DNA of 64,000 nt from Kudoa neothunni (lineage: Eukaryota; Animalia; Cnidaria), in NCBI GenBank assembly GCA_964304625.1, contig OZ199839.1, positions 11,430,195 through 11,494,194 of the forward strand, written 5' to 3'. The position numbers and the translations under genes are program-made. Positions 30,235 through 41,276 of this stretch are shown piece after piece; positions within the stretch are counted from its first letter, which is position 1; each line of letters opens with the position of its first letter. The notes beneath the pieces were generated by a model, which was not told where the DNA came from, made no database searches, and saw nothing but the letters and a program-made list of their open reading frames with translations.

Positions 30235-30974
30235 GTAATCATTGTTTTAGATATGGACAAAAGTCTATATTTGCATCATTAATAGCGATTTGGTAAAGAA
30301 TTCTATAATCAGATAGATTTAAGCTCTATAATACAAGCATCATGTCCGTAGATTTCATTGAAATAGTCCGCGATGTTTAACTTTCAGTGATTAAATTCAA
30401 TGCGGATGGTTGTAATCTTATTCCCTCTAATTATATAAATTATTTACGTTGATATTGAAGCGAATTTTAGTTGTTTGGGAAAATTGCATTAATGTTTATG
30501 CCGGGCTAAGCGATGCTAATTTTAGCAATATCAGTTAATTTCCATACGTTTTCTTTTATCTCTATTACTTTTTCTATTTTTTATCTCTTAAGAAGTTAGT
30601 GCTTCACACAGTTCCCGAGCCGGATCTGAAGGAAACTTTCAAAAATCTTCCGCAACGAAAAATATCATTTTAGACAACATTTTAACGGGATTTAAATAAT
30701 TCGGGGACGAAAAAAATAAGACGCTGACCTTAAATTACTTAGGGTTGGTGCTGAGCCACGAAATTTTTGAATAAACGCCGGGATTGGGACACTCCTTCAA
30801 AGAAATGATCATAATTTAAATTTCATAATTCAAATCGTTAAATTTGTTGCTTAAAACTTGTTAGTTATTTTATTTCTATGGGTTAATTCGATATTTAAAA
30901 ATATTTCTTGAATGCTATTAAAAAACGTCTCTAGGTGAAATCTTCCCCAAGCAACGTTGGGTAGTTCGTGCTAG
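30235..30974 (+). mobile_element. Second, 5'-truncated copy of the Helitron at 25598-26643, in the opposite orientation
   Basis: Ends CCCCAAGCAACGTTGGGTAGTTCGTGCTAG|T. Colinear reverse-complement similarity to 25598-26240. Confidence 0.8.
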
Positions 30975-31050
30975 TTTTTATTAAATACACACAATAAGTA
31001 TAACAACTAGACGGATTAAAAGAATATAACTGTTTAAAAAATTAATAAGT

Positions 31051-32818
31051 CCTGGGGTCAAAAATGACTCCAGTTAGTTCCTCGCGGAAGTTTTTTTATG
31101 TCGGTCCTTCGAGGGTTAATCGTCGAATTTATAAAAAACGACGTTTATTTTCTTCCGGACTTATAGGTTTTTACGACATTTAAACATATGGCGAGAAAAC
31201 AAAGACAATCGGTTAGTTTTTTGGACGAATAATCTTTTCTTGGAATAATTGACAACGTTTTGGTGTGCAAATACTCCAAAGTTAATCCTCCAACACTACG
31301 GAATAGAATACAGGAGTATTCAGTTTCAAAAAAACATAATTCATTGATTAATTTGTCAAAATATACTTCTCCATTACATAATTCTTTTTATAGAGATTGA
31401 AATAACGATGAGATGGAAGTCGATTTAGTTTCGATGGTAATTTGTGGTGTACTACCTTTAAATCCACTGCAAGGCATATTCCTCTGCGTAACTATATTAC
31501 AAAATACTGTCCTATCGCGCGATCTTTACCTGATGGTAGACTACTAATTGACAAAAATGTTGAAGCATTGACGCTTATACGGAGCAAAGTATAATTAAAA
31601 CCAACATTACTATTTGTGTACTCTTTAAAATTTTTCAATGTTTTTATCTATTTTCATAAATTTTTGTACAGTATGTAATAATAAAATTCGGGGGAAATGA
31701 CCACAATAATAGTACGGAAAAAAGTTTTATCTTCGGAGGACTTTTAGGGTCAAATTGACCCCAAGTTTTTATTTTACGATTATACTATAAAAATTTGTTA
31801 AAAAGTAAACAAGTGATGTTTCATGAATTCTATCGACGAATTCTTTGGTAAAATGGTGATTAATATATCACTTAATCTGTGTTAATACTTTACTAATAAT
31901 CTCGGATCCTGTTCACAAATGATCGTATGAAGAATAACACTTCGCGTTGATTGTTTTAGTTGATAGGTTGAATATTATATATCCCTCACGCAAAAAAAGT
32001 TTATATAAATTTTTAAAAATTTGATCCGAATCATCTAATTATTTGAACAATTCTTACATTTCTTCGATAAATGAACTGAGCAGTAGTGTTTATTGCAATA
32101 TGAGCATGTGATTTGAGTTTTTTTATCAATTCCTCGAGGACAATATCCACATCGACGTCTTTTGGCTGTTCGTAAACTGTTAGTCTGGGCCATAGATAGG
32201 GTGATTTTGTTTTGACAATTTCCCTTTCTGTGGATTTCGACCCATGAGAGGTCGATAGAGAACTTGTGCGATTTCCTGTAAAAATATTTTAGTTTTGTTG
32301 TTTCGATGAATTAACTGAGATGAGAGTATAAGTGTATTTTTAAAATGATTTTAAAGGGAATTTTTAAGTCAAAATATTTGTGTAACCTGACAAAGGCGGG
32401 GTTTCGCGCTAGATTAGGATAAAAAACAAAACTGAAAAAGTATTAGAGACTAAGAGAAAATAAATAATTATTGTTATTTTTGGTTATGTATTAAATTATT
32501 GTTTATAGAAAATTGGAATAAAAATACTTTCCAAGAAAAAGACTCAAAATTATTTTTTTAAGCAATAAATTAGCTATTAAACAGTGGCTTACATTTTACG
32601 ATCATTCCCTAACGGCATACGAATAATTACGTAAAAGAGTTAATTAGATTAATTGTTATATTTCACATTGTTTTACTGGAAAACTAGTCGATAGAAATCG
32701 AAAATATCAGAAAATTGAATAGGTAACAATTTTTAGAATTAGTTTATCAAATAATAATCTGGGGTCAAATTGACCCCAAAGGACCTCCGAAATTTGTTTT
32801 TGTAGCGACTTTAGAAGG
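31051..32818 (-). mobile_element. Decayed/nested piggyBac-type element(s)
   Basis: Palindrome GGGGTCAAATTGACCCC at about 31053, 31747 and 32761. Ends ...GAGGG|TTAA (31115) and ...GAAGG|TTAA (32818). Weak transposase-like traces at 31120-31600. Confidence 0.6.
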
Positions 32819-32829
32819 TTAATGATTGA

Positions 32830-34265
32830 CGAGTCCCCAGGTTTCAAAAATCTGCCAATGGTCCATACTTTATTGTGCGTCTGTGATCACTCATTGGATA
32901 AAAAAGCGTCTTTATGTTCGATTACACGATTGTACATGAATGTAACTCAGTGATTATTTCCAACCATATTTCTCCCAGTTGATTCATCTTTCAAATCAAA
33001 AAACTATCAGACATATTTCCTCATGTAAGATTTTTTTTGCACGAAATTTTCGGCACTTCTTTCAATAAACCGGCGTGCTAGCTAGGAAGGTTGTTATGTA
33101 TCATCTAGCAAAACATGATATTGAATGTTTAAAAGAAATACCCTGTAGAAATGATTGCAGATAGTATTATAGTCTCTATAATTGTGTTAATGAAATATTG
33201 AATTATATCCCTATTGATATTGACTTCTTGGTTGATAATGAAATTGATCTAAACGTTTCTTCACCCAAAGAATTCTTTATTTATTTTAAAATCATTGTCG
33301 TAACATAAAGTCCAATTAACAAATTTTCAAAGTTTATTGAATGGATATCATCAACGTTCCGAATTGATAAAACTTCAATAATATTGTCTCAAGATCAAAC
33401 CCTATCTGAATGGAATTTTAAGGAGAGAGAAGCAAACAAACTTACGTTGAATTTGCATATTGATAAATTAATATTGAATCTCAATGGGATAATATGTAAA
33501 AAACCGTACGATTGTTTCCCTTCTTCAACATTGATGGAGACTGTCAAGAACCTTGGTACCACCAAAAATATGAATTTCAAATCAATAAATATATCTGATA
33601 TTGCAAAATTCTTAAGTCTAGAACCAACAAAATTTAATAAAAGTTCAACTTCAATTATTATCCTCCTTAAATGAAATAGATGTGGATGGTGATTCACCCA
33701 CCCTTTTGGATCAACAAGAGAAGATTAGTCCTAATATTATCAAAAATAGCTCTGGATCTTTTATCAATTCCTATTTCTTCAATCGCCGTTGAAGGAAGCT
33801 TTTCAGAAATGAGGCATTTATTCACACCATATAAATTTTCACTTTCAAAAGAAAGGTGCTCAATGATCATGCAGCTATATTACAATGGAGACATTAAATA
33901 TTAATAATTAATATAATGATTCGTATTTTATTTCTTATTTTAGGTTTTAAATAACATTTTATTTAATTATATAATTATATTATTTTCTATCAGAGTTATT
34001 AATTTTCGTTATAAAAAAATATTTTTGATATTTGTCTAACTAAAGGTGGATTTTTTTAATAAGTATACATTGAAATAAATGATATACACCATTTACGTAA
34101 TTTTAAATGGTACAATTTTGATAATCAATTAATTTGTACTCTAGATGTGCGTACTTTTCAACAAACCTCCAAATGGTCGCATTAATCTTTTTTATGGGGA
34201 AAACGTCGATTTCAATCGAAGTTTTTTGTGAAAACTAACTAACGTCGAAAATCACACGCCCTAAT
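32830..34265 (+). mobile_element. Decayed hAT transposon remnant
   Basis: hAT C-terminal dimerisation motif FW...LSKIALDLLSIPISSIAVEGSFS at 33680-33904. BED-finger-like trace (GTS..NR) near 33050. Possible right end ...CACACGCCCTA at about 34263. Confidence 0.65.
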
Positions 34266-34797
34266 CATAAATTAAATTATGGACTGAGATTAATAATGAA
34301 CTCAAGAGTACTTTACGAGTTACACAAATATCGAGAGAGTCGTCTATTTTGTCACCCTAATAGTTTGAAATCCTAGGTTGCCAGAGTGAAAGATGGTGAA
34401 TGATATTAAAATAGAGCAAATAATTTCAATGAGGAATAAAACTAATAAATTTCACATGGGATTGTATCATATTTTTTTTATAATTTCTCAAGCTTATTCT
34501 ATTTCTAATAATTATTTCATAATGTGAAAATTATTCATGAAAAAGGTCAAGACTTCTAGATTTCATGACTCAGTGATATGAGACTCCGAAGGGGGTAATA
34601 AACGAAATCTCGACAAATTTTCTCCTTTATTAAAAAACCTGCAAAGTTGGCTTGAATTATAAAAAGAAATATGTATCTGAATGAAAATCCTTCAAATAAA
34701 TAGATATATATATAATGCGTAAAAAAATCAGATCAGATAAATCATCAAAAATATTAAGTATAGTTTGGAGAAAAATCTAGGAGTGATTAGTTCCACT

Positions 34798-36776
34798 CTA
34801 TTTATCTGACCCTATTGAAGGGTACTGAGGTTGATTCTCAATCACACGGAATTTTTTGTTTGTTGAATTATTTCTTCGCTGTACTTGCCAAATCAGGACA
34901 ACTACTACAACCACCAAGATTATCAACAATACTACTGCCACAGAGATTCCAGCGATGCAATAGCTTGAAATTGATTTTCTCTTCTTAACCTTGGTGGTGA
35001 CTGTGTCGTAGATATTATTTAAATTGGTTAATACATGTGTTATGGATGGTTCAACTGTGCTTATATCAGGGTCTTCATTTGGTGGGGTAATAGTTTTGGA
35101 TGATTCAATCGTACTTATACTAGTTTCTTCATCAGATGGATCAGCGGTTGTGGAGACAGAAACAGTAGCTGCAAGTGGAAACCGAGGGTCAGTTTTTGCA
35201 TAACCCTCCAGGAAATATTCCTTTGACGCCTAAATATATGAAGTAGGACTAAATCAAATATGCCGCTAATAGGACTTCTTCAATGGTAAAATTAGTTTTA
35301 TATTTTTCTTTGACAAATTTCAAATATAGCAAATAATGATTAGATAAAATGCATTCAACTCGGTATTTATGATAATCATCATCCTATGGGCATATATTTA
35401 TAATAGAAATAACAATAATAAAGTGCTGACTGGGTTTTTCAAATAGGAGAGGCATTTTGAATCGACAATACCTTGAAATTCGTCAATTGTCAAAGGAAAT
35501 GTGACTTCACTTGTATCCATAATTGGGAAATAAGCCTAAATATTCAAGTCACCCTAAATAATAACCACTACAGGGTTACTATCAATTTCAGATTGTTAGA
35601 AACCACCTTCCAAGTGATATCCTTAGGGACATGGCATAATCCATTAACAAAGCGATCCACGTTATTGATAACTTTCACTATGGTATTTTTGCACAATTCG
35701 CCGTCAAAATTATCGTAAGTATAACGTGGATATAGCTTTACGTAATCATTTGTAAGATAAACACAATCTTCATCTTGAAACTGGCGCCAAAAATCCAAAA
35801 CAACTCCTGGATCATAGCATAGACATGTCGACCCAATATTATCCACAGTTAGTATGTCAGAAGTCTAATAAATTGTGAAATTTTTTATATATTTAGGATA
35901 ATTATTTTACATCTGGATTTAAAAGTTGATAAGCTGGATTCTGGTTCAGTGCGGGTCCCGCCTCGCCAAGATATGTCTTGTTTGACTCTTTCGAAGAAAT
36001 CAATAATTTCTTCGCTAAAGCAGGGAATTCGTTGTAATTTTTATCCAAGTAGCCCGTCAAAACTTCATTTTTATCAAACATAATAAATCCATCATATGTA
36101 TCTTTTAAATTCTAAAAAATTGGAATCAACAAATAAAAACTCTTTAGTAGGAAAACACACAGGCTGAAACTGAATATAATTAAGTGTGTATGCTATTTTA
36201 TCTTTCCATTCTAAGACAGTAAAAAATTGTCGATTAGCAATTTTCACATATTTTTCATTATCATCGTTCAACGTAAATTGAGGATAGAGAAAATTCACAT
36301 TTTCCTTTCTATATGAGATTTATGGGTACAAACTAGTATATTAGGGTATTTACGCGAATTTTTGCCAAGCGCTCTCTCCAAAAAATTCGATATGTAATTT
36401 AGTTTCGTCGATTTCCCCCAAAAGTCTCTTTATTTTTGAAATACACGTTTGCAACGCCAAATAACTAACTTGAAAAGTTTTGCTATTAAGAATATCTAAA
36501 ATCAATGATAAAACAATAGTACATTCACTATAGGTACTTTTGGTACAGCAAACCTCATGAAATTGTTTTTGAAGCGTAGGGGGTTCGGCCAAAGTATCAA
36601 TATCATATATATACGCTTTTAACCCTTCCGGAGTTTCGTGGATCAATGCTCCATACTAGTTTTATAATATTTTACTTAAAGGGACCAACGCTGGAAAATA
36701 TTACGTATATTTCGCTTTTAGAGTATCCATAATAGTAAGCAATCCAAAGCAACGCCACTATTCTCATTGGGTACAT
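34798..36776 (-). CDS. Catalytically degenerate CD39/GDA1 NTPDase-like type I membrane protein, paralogue B (8 exons)
   Basis: Signal peptide MYPMRIVALLWIAYYYGYS. Segments YGALIHETPEGLKAYIYD, EFFGESAWQKF, TVLEWKDKIAYTLNY, YDGFIMFDKNEVL, CLCYDPG, HKYRVECILSNHYLLYL, YFLEGYAK. Then an S/T/P-rich stalk, a TM helix (IAGISVAVVLLIILVVVVVVLIW) and a tail ending QYPSIGSDK*. Intron positions match paralogue A. Confidence 0.75.
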
Positions 36777-37888
36777 CCTAGATTTAGATTACGATTCGAT
36801 GCTATCAGTAAATCGCAACTTTGTCCTTTATATCTAATATAATAATATTAATCTAATAATATAATCGGGAGGGAATCATGATGAAATTAGATATATTTGA
36901 ATATATCGATCGTAGATATTTAAATGGCTATAAATATCTTATATGGTGACAAATAGATATTTTTAATTTATTTAAAAGTCAAATTAAAAATTCCCTCTAT
37001 TATTCCAAATATGCGATCGTTTATTTATAGTTAATAAACTATTCGTAAATTATAATTGAACTATAAAAATATTTTTTGTATCGTTTTAGTTGTAGTATCT
37101 GATAAATTATAATTTTTTATAAATTCTTTAATGGAATTAATTCTTATCTTATATTTCAATAATTTGATATGTACTTTTTTGTGTAGAATTAATACATTAC
37201 GAAACAGTTTAACCTTCCGATTGCTCCAAAATTACTATATATATACTTGGTGCTTTTGAGATCACATAACTCCACAATTTTCTTACATTACCTTAATATA
37301 AATATACTGAAAAAATTGTCGGTAAATTTAAAAGAAATCTAACAACGAATTCATATCTAATTCCCAACAAAATATCAACCGATTAGATACGATTAGAGCC
37401 GACCTTAGCTTCAAGATCGATTTATCTGTAACTATTATAATTTTCCTTAATTTATAGTTTATTTAATTAAAATATAGAATAAAGGCCGTATTTTCAGATT
37501 AAAGATTATAATTAGTTCGTACATTAATCATACATTTTTTACATTAAATTTATACAATCGCTACAATTGATATAAATTATGGAATACTTATTCTTACAGA
37601 TATGGAATTACTGGATTTTTCGTCCAAATCCGGAGGTTGTGACGATCAAATTCTGACGCTGACATTCAAATCCGGGCAGCGCGAGAGGCGGTCCGAATTT
37701 GAAATTTTAATTTTTACCAATTTAATATTTTAATTCAATTTTTTATTAACCCATCAAGGTTTTGCATTCGGCACATCGATAATAACAAGATATCTTTATA
37801 ATAACAATTTATGTTGCTTCAAACATTTATTATTTAAATAAAATAGCTTACATCGCTCATTACAAATTTATAAAATAATGGAATAAAA

Positions 37889-37889
37889 A

Positions 37890-37923
<34 letters not shown>
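37889..37923. repeat. (ATT)n microsatellite
   Basis: About 11 perfect ATT repeats. Confidence 0.9.
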
Positions 37924-38951
37924 GCGAATAGATACTCACTGAATAAATGCACCAATATGACTCAATACTATATAGGTTATTAGTGGTTCAACAGAGCCGC
38001 CGCTCCCCGTTTAATGTACGCGTAGTATTGTTACAGTGTTTTTAAGACAATGGCTAGAGAAGCGTAATATTTCAATATTAATCATAATATTGCATTAAAT
38101 CCAAATGTTATAACATAAATATAAAAATAATGCTTGAAAAATTTTAATAAAGTCAATTAATTGAAAAAATTCTCTGAGTAAATAATATTAAATTCATTCT
38201 ATGATCATTTTGTGGCTAAAAAATACATGATGCAACATTCAAAAAACAGTTACACCTTTCTCAAATAAAAGATTACGTTATTGTAATCGTAAGGATTATA
38301 TTGAGAGTTGATAGTTTTATTTCAATAAAAGCCAAGTTCATTTTCGGATATAAATGCAAACTAAACACAATTTTATAATATAGAGATTTTTTTCATTTGA
38401 ATTTATTGTAACTGCTACTAGATTAATTTCACCTATCAAAAATTTGACAAAGTGCTAAATAATTTTGTTCTGCAATTATTTTAAGTCGGAATCAAACATG
38501 ATATTTTTAATATCATTTTTCCGTCAAACAAATTTTCAATTATTTTTAAGACTCTGTTTGGATTTTGATATTTATTTTAACCCACCCCCAGGATAAGCTT
38601 TTTTATTAAATACCATAATTATGAAGAATTACATAATTTTCTAAAATTGAAACCGTTAATGAGTCAATAAGCGTGAAATAATGTTTTGAAATGAGTTGCA
38701 ATAAATTAGTTTCTATCGATGTCATTTAATGTACGGCATCTTCCAAGGAATGATTCCGAATGCTGGAATAAGGTTTTTAGGTGAAGTTTATGAACTTCCT
38801 CAAAGGAGCGCCTCACTCCACTCTTTATCGTTGAAAATACCTCTTCACAGGGATTCAAAACAGGTGAATACCTCGGAAGGTACTTTATTTCGTTGGGTTA
38901 TTCATCATAAAAATTGGGATTTGAATGGTGAAACCTTACATTATCCATAAC

Positions 38952-39033
38952 TGTAGTAATCCCCCAATCAACCGAGGCTGGGCTCCGCTCTAGCCCACTA
39001 CATTACTGGGCGGAAATCCCCTAGACAACAACA
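38952..39033. mobile_element. 82-bp TG...CA insertion with 5-bp TSD (mini solo-LTR-like) inside the Tc1 transposase
   Basis: ATAAC|TGTAGT...ACAACA|ATAAC. Removing the insert and one TSD restores GNFIIVMDN. Confidence 0.75.
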
Positions 39034-40844
39034 ATAACTATAATGAAGTTTCCTTTTCCAAGTATTTCTTCAATTTTTAACAAAAACTGTTGGAAGATGT
39101 TACCATCCACACTGCCTTGAACAGCCTCACAATGTACAATATTGATCGCGCTTACGGCAAGTATGATGGTGACATTACGGCCACTATTGTTCATGACAAC
39201 AGGACTTAAAGTTGTACCAATTGGCGAGCGTCCATGTGAGCGTAACATGTGCATGGAAAAGGGGCTCTCATCGATAAATACCATTTTGTATCTTACGTCG
39301 ATTGATAAGTTTGTGTACTAATCGGCGTAATGTTTTCGCTCCAGTTTTACATTCCTTACACCGCCTTTTAGTCCTTTTGTGCGCTCCTCTGTTTCAAAAT
39401 ATTCTTTGACCATATCGCACAAAGTTGAACGTGGAATTCCAGTGCTTCTATTTGTTTCAACATGATACTTTCCTTCGGAAAGTATCATGTTGAGCGCATT
39501 ATTTCTATCGTCATTATTGTGTTCTTTTCGACCCACCATTTTAGTGCTCCTTGGTGCCGAATGTTACCATATGACGTTATCGTGTCACATTAGTATTTCG
39601 ATAATTATTCCATATTAAATATCACTTTTAACTTAATTTCGAAATTAAAAATACTCTTATTTTATAAGAAAAATAGTTTTGATAAAATATTTCAAAAATT
39701 TTCATGGAAAATGTACCATATAAATTCATTTTAATAAAAGAATAGCCATATAATCTTACCTCAATAAAATCAAAATCTAATTATTTGAATATTTTCACCA
39801 AAACAAAATTTTTGTTAATTTAACCCTATTTTTAATAAGACGATTATAAATTTTGAAATTTGAAAAAAATATAGTTCAGAAAGGTTCGAATTAGTCATAT
39901 GGTAATATTCGCTAAAATTGTCAAAATTATTGTTTCCTTAAGATAAATAATTAGCAGTTATTTAAATAAATAAAAAGTGTTTCGTTTTTAGAAAAGAAAG
40001 AGTTCATAAAATTTTAACACCTCTCGCGCTGCCCGGATTTGGATGAAAAACCCGATAGTAATAGCCAATTGCTAAGGAAGAAATACGTCAATCGATATAA
40101 AATCATAGTTATCACACTCAAATTTTAGGATGAATAAAACATGCTTTACTCCGTCGATTAATCAGTATATCCTGTGGAAATAATTGCGAGGGGCTAGCAG
40201 TTATTTATATGATAGATTACAGCAACTATTATTGATAACAAATACAGTGCCGAAAATAACCTACCTACTGGTGATGAAACAATGATAAATACAAAAAATT
40301 AAAATAATCAACACATTTGATTTTTATTGTCGTTGCTGATGTGGACTACGGCCATTATTCTACATTTTAATCATATTATATTCTTAAATTAACAGATTCT
40401 CTTTGAATATATAGATTAAAAATTCATTTTAACTTACTTTCGCTCTAAAGTAACACCAATGCTACTCAGCAAATATGTCACAAACTAATTTCATATTTTT
40501 CAAAGAATATTTATTGCATAAATATTTCTAAGTAAATTAAGGAATTTTTGTAAAAATATCAACCTTTCAAATGCACACTAAAACCCGTATTTAACCCTTT
40601 CATTCGAAAATTATTTTTTTGTGGTCTTTAGATAATATATTACGTAAAAAATGTTAATTTTAACGATTTAAAGTTTAAACTTCCCAGAAAATATTGTATT
40701 GGCCATTATCGTAAAATTACAGGGGAAAAAATGAAATAAAAATCATATTCTTATGTATCGAATGAATATGAAAATTTCACACTATCTTTTCTTTGGTATT
40801 CATTTAAAATTTATGTTGTATCCGAGTTATAAAAAATTACTTAA

Positions 40845-41062
40845 CCCTCCGAGTAAAACGAGGTGTATTTACAGCCCAGGAGATTGTTGATGAAATTTTT
40901 CCCCATTACTAACGCGATAGATAAAATTCATGTTCCTGCTAATCTTTTAAACTTACGTAATACGTAAAAAGCGAGAACAAAATTTTAATTTTTTTTATTG
41001 TGACCTAAATTAACGCTAAAACAGCTTCCGAGTAAAATTGAGGTGTAAATACATCCCCAGGT
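40845..41062. mobile_element. piggyBac-type left-end fragment
   Basis: TTAA|CCCTCCGAGTAAAACGAGGTGTATTTACAGCCCAGG, with a second direct copy of the motif at about 41026-41062. Confidence 0.55.
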
Positions 41063-41170
41063 TTTTTTTGATAAAATTGTTTAAAATATCGTAACAAATA
41101 TATTTGGAACTTTTTAGATGATTCTATTTGTTAAATAACCCCTAAACTGACAAAACTTATTCAGTTTAAG

Positions 41171-41270
41171 GCACGTGCTGTCTGGGTATGCACTGCATAC
41201 CCTGGAATATGTTGGGTGCGAAAATTTTTGTATCTGCATTACAGTGTGTAGCATGAGAATTCATAGGATA
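41171..41270 (+). repeat. Dispersed repeat, copy of 5875-5980
   Basis: GCACGTGCTGTCTGGGTATGCACTGCATACCCTGGAATATGTTGGGTG..., containing the palindrome GGGTATGCA-C-TGCATACCC. Confidence 0.75.
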
Positions 41271-41276
41271 ACATCC

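Larger units (their letters stand above)
37611..40058 (-). mobile_element. IS630/Tc1/mariner-superfamily transposon, defective
   Basis: TA-flanked TIRs (TTTTTC.TCCAAATCCGGGCAGCGCGAGAGG). Transposase remnants at about 38720-39539: HTH (TGIPRSTL), VFIDESPF, VMDNVRFHH, YLPRYSPVLNPCEE. It carries stops, a deletion and an insertion. Confidence 0.88.

Noticed and set aside
27343-36776. The NTPDase-like pair as decaying pseudogenes
   Set aside because: In my reconstruction both have open frames across all exons, canonical splice sites, a signal peptide and a TM helix. They also share the substituted motifs despite substantial divergence.
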